From a virus: a stretch of DNA of 64,000 nucleotides. This document shows, one piece after another, positions 1-10,965 of the stretch (positions are counted from its first letter, which is position 1; each line of letters starts with the position of its first letter). Made by a program: the position numbers and the translations under genes. The notes below the pieces were generated by a model. The model saw only the letters and a list, made by a program, of their open reading frames with translations. It made no database searches and was not told where the DNA came from. The stretch is taken from IMG/VR virus record IMGVR_UViG_3300030109_006161, positions 32,001-96,000 of that record; one strand, 5' to 3'.

Positions 1-740
1 TTGCGCATTGCGCTCAGTGTACCTATAAGATCATTCGACAATATATTAGTTCGGGCAACAAAATAATAATTATTGTCAGCAGAATTATAGTAAACACGGA
101 CTGGTTCTGTGCCAGGTTCGCAGTTTTTACGCCAATCATAAAGATCTACATTTGTATCAGAACCAACATAAGTACTAATATCAGGCGGAAGTTCTAATAG
201 GTCCAAACCTACATCTTCGCTATATTGAGTCTCTGGTAACCCTAAAGATCTTCTCAGTTTGTTTTTGTAAACACGAGAGTGATTCTCTGGTATTGCTATT
301 AGTTTAGCCAAATCTTGTTCGAGTTCGTATTCTCGTAAATAAAACTCAGGACTTGTCTCAGAGCTATATTTTTCATAGACTCCATTCTCTCTCAACAAGT
401 TTGCTAAGTTTCTTAGTTCTTGTATGGACTCAGTAACACTAATTGGTTGGGGTTGGGATATTCCATTGACAACAGTAATTTTTCCGTTCTGTGGATACAG
501 AGCAAAGTATGCTCTCAAGTCTTCCACAGAGACTGAAACATTTTCTAATCCTGAAACCTCTGTGCCAACTCCAGGAAACTTATAAAAATAAAGATAACTT
601 TCATGTATGGCATCAATTATAAGTTTACTATTATCATCATCATAAGAATATCCCGCACCACGACGAGCGTTGTCATCAAACCGGTTTGGGTATGGGTTGA
701 TTATTCTTTTTTGATTTTCTGATAATTTTGAGAAAGTCAT
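1..740 (-). CDS. Hypothetical, probably virion structural protein (runs off the left edge)
   Basis: Manual translation from ATG at 740 (MTFSKLSENQKRIINPYP...) stays open to position 1; follows the baseplate-like genes. Confidence 0.6.
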   Translation of the reverse strand, partial: MTFSKLSENQKRIINPYPNRFDDNARRGAGYSYDDDNSKLIIDAIHESYLYFYKFPGVGTEVSGLENVSVSVEDLRAYFALYPQNGKITVVNGISQPQPISVTESIQELRNLANLLRENGVYEKYSSETSPEFYLREYELEQDLAKLIAIPENHSRVYKNKLRRSLGLPETQYSEDVGLDLLELPPDISTYVGSDTNVDLYDWRKNCEPGTEPVRVYYNSADNNYYFVARTNILSNDLIGTLSAMR

Positions 741-748
741 TGTTTTAC

Positions 749-1870
749 CTAGTTTACGTTATTGAATCTACTTCTGAAATCAAAAGCTGCAATTGGATTA
801 CTTTTACTATAATTCAACTTGTGATAAACAAAGTTTTTTTCCTGAATTGATAAGTTTATTATTTCAATAGGTAGTCTCTTCACTAATAATGATAACTTTG
901 CAGCAGATGCGGCACCTGCACCAGGGACAAGGGCAGCAACAGCAGAGGTTAGTAACTCTAGTGTAAAAGCGGCTGACCCATGAAGATCTGTTATTAGGTC
1001 CACCAAATTATCCAGGACCTTTGCCAAATCATCTCCCTTAACCATTGGCTGTAAATCACTATCATTATTACCAGCAATAATATCAATTCCTTGAATGTTA
1101 TCACCAATAAACATTCCAGAGGCTCCGTTATATGTGTCAGTGCTAGTTACAAGTTTGATACCTTCACGTCCTATAATACGAACTGAATCTGCCTTGATTG
1201 CTATAGCAGACCTGTTCGTTAGGCTACCCACTTTTCCTTTTGCTAGTCCAAAATATTCTTTGGAGTCGATGTCCGCACGCTGTGAGATATAAATACGGGC
1301 TGCATCTAATTGAGGATCTTTGTTAGTAAGAACTCGCTGACCCTTTGGTCCGACTTCCCTAGCTAATATACCAGATAAACCAGCTATTATATCAATACAA
1401 CCAACATGAGTATTTGGCTTAGACCCTTTACCCTTTTCCATGGTGCTAGGTCTGTCCTTGCCCATAATAATGATTGTGTTATGTTGTCCTTTTATAACAT
1501 TTTCGGTGCTTGCCACATTATAATCAGGGTTAGGTTCAATTATAGGCTGTTGGTTGTACCCAGAATGAGTTCTTCCTTCACGGACCCCCAAATCTTCTTT
1601 AAGTGCTTTTTTTGCACCACTAAGCAATGAGTTGGTGATGGTTGGTCTGGTCGGTCCTGATCCTGGGAGCGGTTGCGGCGCTCTTTTTCTGACAGGAGCA
1701 GTTGGCGTTCTCTGAAAAGACAAGTTGCCAGCTTCATCGTTAGAATATTTATTTGCTAACTCCTCAGCACGAGCACTTATTTCAGCCTCTGATGCCTCCG
1801 GGTTATTTACAAACTCCCTCATGAAGTCATTAAGTTCCTCCTGAGTTAGTTCCTGAGGTCCATTACTCAT
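749..1870 (-). CDS. Putative baseplate/spike-associated protein
   Basis: Beta-rich 'SAIAIKADSVRIIGREGIKLV' and 'PMVKGDDL' segments resemble gp5/gpV C-terminal regions; start moved to ATG 1870 (GGAGG SD, TAATG coupling to the M23 gene). Confidence 0.45.
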   Translation of the reverse strand: MSNGPQELTQEELNDFMREFVNNPEASEAEISARAEELANKYSNDEAGNLSFQRTPTAPVRKRAPQPLPGSGPTRPTITNSLLSGAKKALKEDLGVREGRTHSGYNQQPIIEPNPDYNVASTENVIKGQHNTIIIMGKDRPSTMEKGKGSKPNTHVGCIDIIAGLSGILAREVGPKGQRVLTNKDPQLDAARIYISQRADIDSKEYFGLAKGKVGSLTNRSAIAIKADSVRIIGREGIKLVTSTDTYNGASGMFIGDNIQGIDIIAGNNDSDLQPMVKGDDLAKVLDNLVDLITDLHGSAAFTLELLTSAVAALVPGAGAASAAKLSLLVKRLPIEIINLSIQEKNFVYHKLNYSKSNPIAAFDFRSRFNNVN

Positions 1871-3072
1871 TAGAGAACCCTCCACCACTTCATTTGCATG
1901 AATTGTTTTGGATCTATATAACTAGACTTATCACTTGGACTTCCAGTAATCCACTCAAAGTGTAAATGTGGGGCGGTTATACGACCTGAGCCGGCAGATA
2001 TTCCCAGCAGTGAGCCTCTAAATACTTTTTGACCTGCTTTTACCAGCGGGATTCTCTCTGGATCTTGAAGGTGGCAATACCTTAGATAAAATGTTTGAGG
2101 ATCCGTACCTGGACCATATTGACTGTAGGCATCATACTTAACCAAAACATAATTACCCCAACCTGATTGATATTTGATAGCTTCGACTGTTCCATCAAAA
2201 CAGGAAATAATAAGATTACCTAACTTAGCCCTCATGTCAACGCCTCGATGCATTGCAGTCTTTGCTTCTGATTCACCTCTTGCTCTGAGCGTTCTCATGC
2301 CAAAGGCAGATCCATAAACTTTACTATTTGTTATAACAGGCCATTTTGGAGATTCTCCTGGGGAAGATACTCCAGCCTCGGATAAGGGGCTTCCAGATTC
2401 AGGGTTAGTAAATTCTAATTTTTTAACAATTCCACAATCTTCAATCGCAATTTGTTGACCGGGCTCAGGAAGAGGGGGCAATGATAAGATGCACTTATCT
2501 CCAAAAGTTTCCTCTATATATCCCCCGGAATTACGCCAAACTTGAACTACTCTACCCACCTCTGAATTACTAGAAAATTGTGTAGCAGGGTTATTAAATT
2601 CAACGGATACCAAGGTACCAAATTTTAGTAGTTGTGACCCCTCCGATACATTGTGTACTACTAGTGGGTGAAAACCTGTCGCTGGGTCATTCTCATCATT
2701 CGGGACTGGTATCCAAAAATGACGTGGATCTGAAAGAACTCTAACCCTAACCAGTTGGATATTTTTACTGGGGTCATCTTTTTTGATAACATCAACCAGC
2801 GGAGAGCGAAGTTCATCGACTGCAACTACAACAGCATATTTTGCGACTTTCAATTCAGCAGTTATATTAGGAGTATAATTTTTCTGTATTATATGCCGAA
2901 GAGCCTCAATCGGGCTTGTTATATCTGCATCATAAAATTCAGTACCTATTGCAGGACCAGTTTCAGTTTCCTCTAGAAAATGCTTGATGCCCTCTTTAGA
3001 TATCACATCTTTTTTATAAGAAGATTGCATTTTTTCAAGATTTTTAGTTATTGCTTTACCTAAGGTACTCAT
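1870..3072 (-). CDS. M23 family peptidoglycan peptidase with N-terminal extension (likely virion-associated)
   Basis: HRGVD, YCHL and PHLHFE zinc motifs. Confidence 0.85.
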   Translation of the reverse strand: MSTLGKAITKNLEKMQSSYKKDVISKEGIKHFLEETETGPAIGTEFYDADITSPIEALRHIIQKNYTPNITAELKVAKYAVVVAVDELRSPLVDVIKKDDPSKNIQLVRVRVLSDPRHFWIPVPNDENDPATGFHPLVVHNVSEGSQLLKFGTLVSVEFNNPATQFSSNSEVGRVVQVWRNSGGYIEETFGDKCILSLPPLPEPGQQIAIEDCGIVKKLEFTNPESGSPLSEAGVSSPGESPKWPVITNSKVYGSAFGMRTLRARGESEAKTAMHRGVDMRAKLGNLIISCFDGTVEAIKYQSGWGNYVLVKYDAYSQYGPGTDPQTFYLRYCHLQDPERIPLVKAGQKVFRGSLLGISAGSGRITAPHLHFEWITGSPSDKSSYIDPKQFMQMKWWRVL

Positions 3073-3073
3073 A

Positions 3074-3364
3074 TTATTCGTCCTTCAGTATATCGAACAA
3101 CTGGTTTTTGTCATCATCTGATAAACCAGTTTGGGATGAACTATGATCTTTCTTGTAAACTAAGTTAGCTAGCTTCACTAACTGTTCGTTGCTTCTCTGT
3201 AGTGTTTCTACAAATTTTGCTGCGGTGGCACCAGAGTCTGAGTATCTTTCTCTGGATACGTTCATGTACTCTTTTAAGTTATCAAGCAACAACTCTGTCT
3301 CTTGGCGATCCTTATGGATATTCTCAAGAGCTTGTTCTATTAGGGCATTAAGGTCTTTTTTCAT
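3074..3364 (-). CDS. Hypothetical helical protein
   Basis: 96-aa ORF; CTATTTA motif 4 nt upstream of the ATG. Confidence 0.6.
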   Translation of the reverse strand: MKKDLNALIEQALENIHKDRQETELLLDNLKEYMNVSRERYSDSGATAAKFVETLQRSNEQLVKLANLVYKKDHSSSQTGLSDDDKNQLFDILKDE

Positions 3365-3379
3365 ACAATAAATAGAGGG

Positions 3380-4066
3380 CTAGTTAAATTCTCCTTCGTT
3401 CCATTTCTTTTTGAAAATTTTATATCTTTCCCTCATTTTATTCAAAGCACTAACTATTTGCTTTGTATTGAGACCGGTTATCTCCCTCATGTATAGATAA
3501 ATTGCCTTTTTATTGAAAATTTCTATCTGCTCTATGTTTTCCATCAAAGTAATAACAGCGTTGAGAACCTTCTCCTCGTTTGGCTTCAGTTTAAGTTTTT
3601 GCCATCCACTGACTTCGCCAAGAAGTGATTCCCAAAATTGACGTTCTTCGATTCCCATCTCTAGATCTACTGTATTATTTTGATCTATTATTTCAACTTC
3701 CCTGATCATTGAATCATAAGGGATTTCTCTTTTGTTCTTTTTAGTTTGTTTCTTAGCCTTATGAGTAAACCAGTTTTTTGTTACTACTGAAAAATACGAA
3801 AAAGCTTTCTTATTTTTTGAGGGGTCAAACTTACTGAGAATTGTTGTGAGCCATATTTTACAGTCGTCTTTATGATGTTCTACATTCTCCAAAGATGTAA
3901 ACTTATAAGTGTAAACAATCTTATTAACAAGCTCATCAAATGCTGGCTGGATGTGTTCTATATAAAGTTCTGATCTTATGCTCGTATCCTCTGTGGCACA
4001 GTAATTTATTATTGCTTCTTCCGTCTTTTCTGTAAAATAATAATTCTTTTTCTTCGTTCTACTCAT
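3380..4066 (-). CDS. Phage RNA polymerase sigma factor, T4 gp55-like
   Basis: 'NYYFTEKTEEAI', 'KFDPSKNKKAFSYFSVVTKN' (sigma region 2-like), C-terminal HTH-like segment. Confidence 0.7.
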   Translation of the reverse strand: MSRTKKKNYYFTEKTEEAIINYCATEDTSIRSELYIEHIQPAFDELVNKIVYTYKFTSLENVEHHKDDCKIWLTTILSKFDPSKNKKAFSYFSVVTKNWFTHKAKKQTKKNKREIPYDSMIREVEIIDQNNTVDLEMGIEERQFWESLLGEVSGWQKLKLKPNEEKVLNAVITLMENIEQIEIFNKKAIYLYMREITGLNTKQIVSALNKMRERYKIFKKKWNEGEFN

Positions 4067-4358
4067 CAGGTAACTCCGTACCTGATAACTGATTGCTATT
4101 GATAAATTCCTCTATCATATTAGCAGTGCCTGTTGTGTGTTTCATAAGTGACTCCAAGACTGGTTCTCCAAAAAATATATCTCTATTGTAAACATCCTCT
4201 AAATGTTCTTCATATTCTGCTAGTGAAAATAGTAGTTCTTTAGTATCATCACCAATATGAGATAGATAATTTAAAAGCTTCTTGCAATACCAAGCTAAGA
4301 CGCCATTCGCAATTATAGATATAACTAAAAATATACAAAGTAACCAAGTGCTTATCAT
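4059..4358 (-). CDS. Hypothetical membrane-anchored protein
   Basis: N-terminal hydrophobic helix; overlaps both neighbours. Confidence 0.6.
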   Translation of the reverse strand: MISTWLLCIFLVISIIANGVLAWYCKKLLNYLSHIGDDTKELLFSLAEYEEHLEDVYNRDIFFGEPVLESLMKHTTGTANMIEEFINSNQLSGTELPDE

Positions 4359-4615
4359 TTTTTATAAACTTTCTTACTCAATTTCTTCTTGTACTCTTTT
4401 AATTCACTTTTGCCGTCTTCTATAGCTGTTTGAACTTTAGTACCTACCTTCTCTTTGTTATTATAACATTTTTTTGTCACTCGTAAAACATTAGATAAAT
4501 TTTTCTTGATATTCTGCGATTTGCAGAAAGTACATTGTATATTTTTTTCTTTGTATGAGTGCCGAATATCAAAATTTTCTTCACACTCTAAACAAGTATA
4601 ATTGTATAGGGGCAC
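4355..4615 (-). CDS. FmdB-family zinc ribbon protein
   Basis: MPLYNYTCLEC...CTFCKS pattern. Confidence 0.8.
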   Translation of the reverse strand: MPLYNYTCLECEENFDIRHSYKEKNIQCTFCKSQNIKKNLSNVLRVTKKCYNNKEKVGTKVQTAIEDGKSELKEYKKKLSKKVYKK

Positions 4616-4809
4616 TATTCTGTTGCTACTTCAAAACCTTGATTAGCTTGAGTGTCACCAAAAGATGGTGGATTTGTTACAACCACCTCGCCTGTTTCAT
4701 TGATTTCTAAATTCCAATCAGATAAAAGCTCGGTAATATCAGATTCCTCAGCTAAGCATTTCTGCAAAGTCATCAAAAGAGCGCCAATTGCTTGATTAGA
4801 TAGTTTCAT
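4615..4809 (-). CDS. Hypothetical protein
   Basis: 64-aa ORF coupled to neighbours. Confidence 0.55.
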   Translation of the reverse strand: MKLSNQAIGALLMTLQKCLAEESDITELLSDWNLEINETGEVVVTNPPSFGDTQANQGFEVATE

Positions 4810-5767
4810 TTATTTTCTCCTTATCCTTATCATACATAAGTTTTGCTAATTGTTTAAATGTAGTTTCAGGTTCCCATCCTAATATTTCTTTAGCCTTAGT
4901 TGAGTCACCTAGAAGATAGGGCACTTCATGGGGTCGAAATAATCTAGGGTCAATCTCTACATATTTATCAATATCTAAACCAGCATATTCGAAAACAACT
5001 TTTAAAAATTCAGATACTGTGTGAGTTTCTCCTGTAGCGATAACAAAATCGTCAGGCTCCTCCTGCTGGAGCATAAGCCACATGGCTTTTACATAGTCTC
5101 CTGCAAAACCCCAATCTCTGTGGGCTTCAAGATTTCCAAGACGAAGTTTATCTTGCAATCCATGTTTTATTCTAGCGGCGGCGAGGGTTATCTTCCTTGT
5201 TACAAATGTTTCTCCACGGCGAGGAGATTCATGGTTGAATAAAATACCACTGCAAGCAAAAAGTCCATATGATTCTCGATAGTTCCTTACTAAATTATGA
5301 GCGAACAGTTTAGCACAAGCATATGGGGATGCTGGTGTCATGCGAGATGTTTCCGTGAATGGGTATTCCTCACTGTCACCATACATTTCCGAGGATGATG
5401 CTTGGTATAATTTACACTCTGGTCTAATAGTCCTTATAGCCTCAAGGATTCTCAATGTTCCCATAGCGATACCATCCACTGTATTCTCGGGAATATCAAA
5501 AGAAACCCTAACATGAGACTGAGCGCCCAGGTTGTAAAACTCATCTGGTTCATAATTTATAAGAAGTCGATATAATGAACCAACATCATTTAGATCATAA
5601 TATTCTAGTATAAAATTTTCGTTATCGTATATATGATCAATACGATCCGTACAAATCATAGAGGTGCGACGTTTAGCGCCAATAACTCTATACCCTTTTT
5701 CTAAAAGAAGTTCTGCTAAATACGAACCGTCTTGTCCGGTAACCCCAGTAACAATAGCTGTTTTCAT
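4796..5767 (-). CDS. gmd: GDP-mannose 4,6-dehydratase
   Basis: [47 protein letters not shown]. Confidence 0.97.
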   Translation of the reverse strand: MKTAIVTGVTGQDGSYLAELLLEKGYRVIGAKRRTSMICTDRIDHIYDNENFILEYYDLNDVGSLYRLLINYEPDEFYNLGAQSHVRVSFDIPENTVDGIAMGTLRILEAIRTIRPECKLYQASSSEMYGDSEEYPFTETSRMTPASPYACAKLFAHNLVRNYRESYGLFACSGILFNHESPRRGETFVTRKITLAAARIKHGLQDKLRLGNLEAHRDWGFAGDYVKAMWLMLQQEEPDDFVIATGETHTVSEFLKVVFEYAGLDIDKYVEIDPRLFRPHEVPYLLGDSTKAKEILGWEPETTFKQLAKLMYDKDKEKINETI

Positions 5768-6630
5768 TGTAGTTCCTTTTTCAGGTTCTCAAAACATTCA
5801 GCAATACCTTGCCTAATGTCTATTTTAGCATTCCATCCTAGATTATTTAATGGCTCAATATCTGCCTGAGTGAAGAGAATATCCCCCGGTCGATCTGGAA
5901 CATATTCAAATTCAATGTCTGGAAAGTATTCTAGTACTATTTTCTTTATCTCATTTAGTGATATGTTTTTTCCGGTACCAATATCAAAATATTGTCCGTG
6001 AAAATCTGCTTCTGATTGCATTGCAAAGATATTGGCGCTAACCACATCTCTTACATTCACCATATCCCTTCTTTGTTCTCCGTCGCCAGTAATAAATGGA
6101 TTCTTTCCGTCCCTAATATATTGCATATAGTTCGAAATAGCTGTCGCATATGGACCTAGTGCCGACTGATCTGGAGAGTATACATTAAAGTATCTTAAAG
6201 TAACAGTATCAATATTAAATACTTTTGCATACAGCAAACATTCCATTTCAGACACTAACTTCTGGAGTCCGTATGGGCTGTTTGGACTCTTACCATCGCC
6301 AACTACAGAAGATGAACCAGAGTAAATAACCCTTTTTGCTTTGACTTTGTTTGCAAAATCAAGAACTTTAGTAGTAGCCAGAACATTATTTGTCATGGTT
6401 TCTACAGGGTATTCCATACTATAAGCTACCCTTGGGATGCACGCCATATGGAAAATAACTTCTGGTTTAAATAATTCATAGGATTTATCCTTCTGGAACA
6501 CTGTAAGAAGATCTTGACTTGGATCATTCTTGTAGTCTATTCCTATAACCTCATGTCCTTGGTCTCTCAACTCCCTACACAGGTGAGTACCAATATAACC
6601 TTGGTGACCTGTAACTAAACATCTAGTCAT
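5764..6630 (-). CDS. NAD-dependent NDP-sugar epimerase/dehydratase
   Basis: [29 protein letters not shown]. Confidence 0.9.
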   Translation of the reverse strand: MTRCLVTGHQGYIGTHLCRELRDQGHEVIGIDYKNDPSQDLLTVFQKDKSYELFKPEVIFHMACIPRVAYSMEYPVETMTNNVLATTKVLDFANKVKAKRVIYSGSSSVVGDGKSPNSPYGLQKLVSEMECLLYAKVFNIDTVTLRYFNVYSPDQSALGPYATAISNYMQYIRDGKNPFITGDGEQRRDMVNVRDVVSANIFAMQSEADFHGQYFDIGTGKNISLNEIKKIVLEYFPDIEFEYVPDRPGDILFTQADIEPLNNLGWNAKIDIRQGIAECFENLKKELQ

Positions 6631-7558
6631 TTGTTTTACCTCTTATGTTAGGGTAATTATCTACAAACCACTCACAAGACTTTTTTATTCCTGTATCGAA
6701 TTTAGTATATTTATTTTCATCCCACCCTAAATCGAGTAAGTTTTTATTACTGCTTGGTTTTCTGAATTGTCCGTTTGGCATATTAGGATTCCAGGCAATT
6801 TCTCCTTGATATCCTAAATTACTACACAAAGATTCAGCAACCTCTCGAATAGAGAGTTCATCTGTGTACCCTATGTTTATCGGTTCAGATTCATCATAGT
6901 TGTCAATTAAGTAAAATAAAATTTCTGCAATGTCGAGAGAATAAGTAAACTCACGCCTTGGTGATCCATCACCCCACACTTCCACGGTGGGTTCGTCGTT
7001 TAGTTTTGCCTCATATATTCGCCTCATAAGGGCAGGTATGACATGCCCATCTTCAAGGTGGTAGTTATCATTCTCGCCATATAGGTTGTTAGGAATAGCA
7101 CACATAAAGTTACAGCCATATTGTTGGCGATATGCCCTGCTTTGCACTTCGATCATTCTTTTAGAGTATGCGTACCCAAAATTAGATGAGTGAGGAGGTC
7201 CTAAGTGTAATTGCTCCTCAGTAATTGGATATGTTACACTGTCTGGATAGACGCAAGTAGAAAGCATCGATACAACTTTGCTAACACCAGAAAGCATACT
7301 TGAGTGTAAAACATTTGAATTTATCTTACAATTTTCAGTAAAAAATTCACCAACGTAATCTGTATTTGCTTTTACTCCGCCGACACGAGCAGCTAAATGT
7401 ATAACTGTATCATAATGACCACTCTTCATAAAATCTAGAACTTCTTCTTCATTTACAAGATCAAGTTCGCCCCTAGTTGGAAAGTCTGCATCAGGCTTAA
7501 CTTGTTTTATAGCATGACCTACCATGCCAGCACCACCAGTGACTAATATTTTACTCAT
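6623..7558 (-). CDS. fcl: GDP-L-fucose synthase
   Basis: TGGAGMVG, HLAARVGG, YAYSK, PNNLYG, HVIPAL, WGDGSPRREF. Confidence 0.93.
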   Translation of the reverse strand: MSKILVTGGAGMVGHAIKQVKPDADFPTRGELDLVNEEEVLDFMKSGHYDTVIHLAARVGGVKANTDYVGEFFTENCKINSNVLHSSMLSGVSKVVSMLSTCVYPDSVTYPITEEQLHLGPPHSSNFGYAYSKRMIEVQSRAYRQQYGCNFMCAIPNNLYGENDNYHLEDGHVIPALMRRIYEAKLNDEPTVEVWGDGSPRREFTYSLDIAEILFYLIDNYDESEPINIGYTDELSIREVAESLCSNLGYQGEIAWNPNMPNGQFRKPSSNKNLLDLGWDENKYTKFDTGIKKSCEWFVDNYPNIRGKTND

Positions 7559-8420
7559 CGATAACTGCCCTGCCTTTTAGTTTTTCCCAGTCTTTCTCTG
7601 GTCTTACTTCTAAATTTTTTTCCCAGACTGCTTGTAGAACTTTCGGGGTAACGCCAATTTGCTGCATGATGTAAATCATGGCATTAACATCTTTGGGAAA
7701 ACACGATCCACCAAAACCTTTCTTGCCATCTGGACCTGGTACAGAAAAATGACTAGTACCTATTCTAGTATCATATACCGAGGCTTCCACAACTCTATTG
7801 TAGTCTGCATTTAGACTGTCACATAGCTGTCTCATTTCATTGGCAAACGAAACTTTAGTAGCCAGGTAGCAGTTGCAAAAATATTTGGTTATTTCTGCTT
7901 CTAAAGACCCACATATAACATAGGGGACTTCTGGGAATTGTCTCATATACATTGCCTTAATGGTTTCCAAAGATGATTTACACTTATCCCCGCCTAAAAC
8001 AATTCTTTTTTGGTTCTTGAAATCTTCTATATGATTTGCTTCCGTTAGAAACTCAGGATTGAAGATTACATCTACAGTTTGAGATGACTCTTGTTGTAGT
8101 CTTTGTGTTGTTCCAGGAGGAACCGTTGACTTTATAACAATAATTTTACTTCCGTAACGGTTGGCATTTGCAATACCGTCTATTTGAAGAACTGTCTGTT
8201 CCACAAGTGATGTATCACATGATCCGTCCTGTCTCATTGGAGTAGGAAGGCAAACAAAAAGTATATTAGATTTAGATACCAACTCCTCTAAATTATTGAC
8301 GGTCGATAAATCTTGATTGTATTTATCATACGTTTCAACTTTATTTTTTTCACATAAGCCTGTCCTGATGGAAGATCCAACAAAACCACAGCCAATTATT
8401 CCTACTGTTGTATTACTCAT
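7551..8420 (-). CDS. UDP-glucose/GDP-mannose dehydrogenase family protein (lacks the C-terminal domain)
   Basis: GCGFVG, CLPTP, KSTVPPGTT, NPEFL, GFGGSCFPKD; start at 8420 has a GGAG SD. Confidence 0.88.
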   Translation of the reverse strand: MSNTTVGIIGCGFVGSSIRTGLCEKNKVETYDKYNQDLSTVNNLEELVSKSNILFVCLPTPMRQDGSCDTSLVEQTVLQIDGIANANRYGSKIIVIKSTVPPGTTQRLQQESSQTVDVIFNPEFLTEANHIEDFKNQKRIVLGGDKCKSSLETIKAMYMRQFPEVPYVICGSLEAEITKYFCNCYLATKVSFANEMRQLCDSLNADYNRVVEASVYDTRIGTSHFSVPGPDGKKGFGGSCFPKDVNAMIYIMQQIGVTPKVLQAVWEKNLEVRPEKDWEKLKGRAVIDE

Positions 8421-8421
8421 A

Positions 8422-9249
8422 TTACTCCCATCGAAACCATCCGTCAAAATTTACTTGACTTAGGTTCTTATTCGAGGTTCCCTTCCAGGGTCGCCAGGGA
8501 CCATACACACCAACTTTGGATGCGTCACTTAATGCTGAAGCCCACCACCCAAGTGTCCCATGTTGAAACATTATATTATCAAAAGATCTTATAAAATTAA
8601 AGTCTTCTACAATTGTTCTTTTTTCCATAATTGGTTTATACTCTGCAAAACCCTCAATGAATGAATTGAAATAATCCACCGACTCTTGGGGCGATACTCT
8701 ATTTTCAGCAGGAACATTATAGTGAAAACTCATATTAGCCAATTCTGTCTCGCTTACAAAATCCCACTTAGGCATATCAGTTACAATGTGAAGTTTTTCA
8801 AAATCAAACTTTTCTATTGCACGCTTATAACTATCTACTTGTGGTTTGGAATGAAATTCGTTCTTATAGAATAATCTATCTCCAGCCCTAAAATGTATAA
8901 CTAAATCTTTATCTTTTCTCTTCTCTACTTTTGGATACCAAGATTTTATCTTATCAATGTCGTCATGAAAATGTTGGTAGTTTTCGAAATAACCAGATAG
9001 TATAAATGTCTCGTCTTTGTATTTTTTATCAAAACACATTTTGTATGCGGGCTCAGAAACCATAATCCCAGAGACAGCAGAACTATCTATAAACTTCAAT
9101 CCTAAAGATTGTAAAGATGATATAGCATAATAATCTGGTGCTGGTGGGACACAATATGTTTCTTGTCCTAAATAATCTGCCAGTAATCGAGCAGCATTAT
9201 ACTGAAACAAGTTATTACCAAAACCATTTGTTAGTCTAACGCAAACCAT
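8422..9249 (-). CDS. Glycosyltransferase family 11 (alpha-1,2-fucosyltransferase-like)
   Basis: GFGNNLFQY, GYFEN, IHFRAGD, TLGWWAS motifs. Confidence 0.85.
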   Translation of the reverse strand: MVCVRLTNGFGNNLFQYNAARLLADYLGQETYCVPPAPDYYAISSLQSLGLKFIDSSAVSGIMVSEPAYKMCFDKKYKDETFILSGYFENYQHFHDDIDKIKSWYPKVEKRKDKDLVIHFRAGDRLFYKNEFHSKPQVDSYKRAIEKFDFEKLHIVTDMPKWDFVSETELANMSFHYNVPAENRVSPQESVDYFNSFIEGFAEYKPIMEKRTIVEDFNFIRSFDNIMFQHGTLGWWASALSDASKVGVYGPWRPWKGTSNKNLSQVNFDGWFRWE

Positions 9250-10163
9250 TATTTATTTTGATCCCTCTCTCTATAAATTATTCTTATCTTTTCGATGTTT
9301 TCTAGCATGGTAGAATAGTTTTTATTTATCCAGGACTTCTTTTCTTCTGTTGACGCATTATAAGGGCAGTGAGGGATATTTCGTAGAATATACATTATAA
9401 TATCATTTTTTAAATTTACATTATGTTTACTACTAACTTCATATAACAATTGTATCACCCACGGGAACCGAGGATAGGCAGCCAAGCCATCTAAATACAG
9501 TTCGACCAAATCATTATGAGTATTGAAAAGATGATAATGCTCTTTTTTTATGAAAAAACAATCCTGATAAGTGCAGAGGAGCTTGTAGCCCTTTTCTTCA
9601 AAAGACTTATTCATTATGAACAACCCTTGTTGCATATTATCTTTAGATATTTCTGTTGGTAATCTTTCTTGGTATGTTGGGTTTAGCATCTGCCCGCCCT
9701 CTATACAAACAACTGTTGGAAAATGTTTTTCGATGGCTTCGAAAACATCTAAATCAATCCCATCTATATCTATAGAGCAAAAATCTATACCATCTGTTAC
9801 ATAATCATCTACAAGGTTATCAAATTTTGTTTCGCCGTCAGGGGTTACAAAAGAGTTGATTGTTATAACGTTATCATTTTCTGAATAGTTTTTTTCTAAA
9901 TCATTGTATCTATCCTTTTCAGGCTCAATCAAAATACCACCCCAACCATTTAGGAAAAGCTTTCTAGTATTAGAGCCCTTTATACCATCCCAAGCCCCAA
10001 ACTCAACAAAAGTGCCATTTTCCACGCCAATCCTTTTAAAAATTTCTTCGATTAGGAAATCGTTTTGGTTATAATCGTATTTTCTTCTGTGTGATTGTGG
10101 TTCAGCGTGCCATTTTTCATGGTAACCAACAAAATCTAACAAGTTTTCTTTCTTCTCAACCAT
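9249..10163 (-). CDS. FkbM-like SAM-dependent methyltransferase
   Basis: FVEFGAWDG..SNT, WGGILIE, DFCSIDIDG. Confidence 0.75.
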   Translation of the reverse strand: MVEKKENLLDFVGYHEKWHAEPQSHRRKYDYNQNDFLIEEIFKRIGVENGTFVEFGAWDGIKGSNTRKLFLNGWGGILIEPEKDRYNDLEKNYSENDNVITINSFVTPDGETKFDNLVDDYVTDGIDFCSIDIDGIDLDVFEAIEKHFPTVVCIEGGQMLNPTYQERLPTEISKDNMQQGLFIMNKSFEEKGYKLLCTYQDCFFIKKEHYHLFNTHNDLVELYLDGLAAYPRFPWVIQLLYEVSSKHNVNLKNDIIMYILRNIPHCPYNASTEEKKSWINKNYSTMLENIEKIRIIYRERDQNK

Positions 10164-10965
10164 TATTATCCTGTCTGTGATCTGGTATAGAGACCCAATT
10201 ACCATCTGCGTCTAAAAGCTTTTCATCCCACCGAACATAAGGAAATTCCGTGATTGGTTGAGTTTTATCATATGCGTAAAATGGTCGGCATATACTTGGA
10301 ACCAACATTGTTGTTTTCCCGGTCTGTGTAAGATACTTTTCTAGAGCTACTTCCGGGCAGTCAAAATTGTCATCAGTGCGAGTCTCATCTTCACCGTCCA
10401 TATAAATAAAGGAACAATACTCATCGAAAGTTGAAGGATTTGAAAATGAAAAAAACCAAGGATCCCTGTGACCGCTTGGGTAAACAGTGGAGTGAATTAT
10501 ACCATCAGCTATTTCGAATTGCTCCAAATAGACAGGCTTCAAAAACATTGAATTATCTGGTCTACATCTTACAACGACATCATAATCAAAGCCGTTCTCT
10601 TTAGAATAATTCATAGCCATCAAATAACCTTTTCTTATATTAGACATTTGATTATTCATTCTTTTTTTGAAGTACCCCAAAGTTCCAAAATCACTATCAT
10701 CAAGGTTTTCATTCTCTTCTATAGAAACCTGTTTCAAATTAGTGCCATAAGCATGTCTAATTTGAGACTCAAGTGTCGCTGAATCTTCTGCTGAAGTTAT
10801 GTTATATTTTTGACTAGTGCTGGAGCCCAATGTGTGAATTGTATTCCTGTTGCAGGCATAAACAAACACATCTGCATTATTTGGCTGTATAATATGTTTC
10901 AGGTGGTTTTCTAAATTTACTTGATAGTCTCTCATTTGACCTGTTATTAATATCGCCACCCTCAT
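10156..10965 (-). CDS. Putative glycosyltransferase (glycan-cluster protein)
   Basis: VAILITGQMR...YDVVVRCRPD pattern seen in glycan-cluster transferases. Confidence 0.55.
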   Translation of the reverse strand: MRVAILITGQMRDYQVNLENHLKHIIQPNNADVFVYACNRNTIHTLGSSTSQKYNITSAEDSATLESQIRHAYGTNLKQVSIEENENLDDSDFGTLGYFKKRMNNQMSNIRKGYLMAMNYSKENGFDYDVVVRCRPDNSMFLKPVYLEQFEIADGIIHSTVYPSGHRDPWFFSFSNPSTFDEYCSFIYMDGEDETRTDDNFDCPEVALEKYLTQTGKTTMLVPSICRPFYAYDKTQPITEFPYVRWDEKLLDADGNWVSIPDHRQDNNG

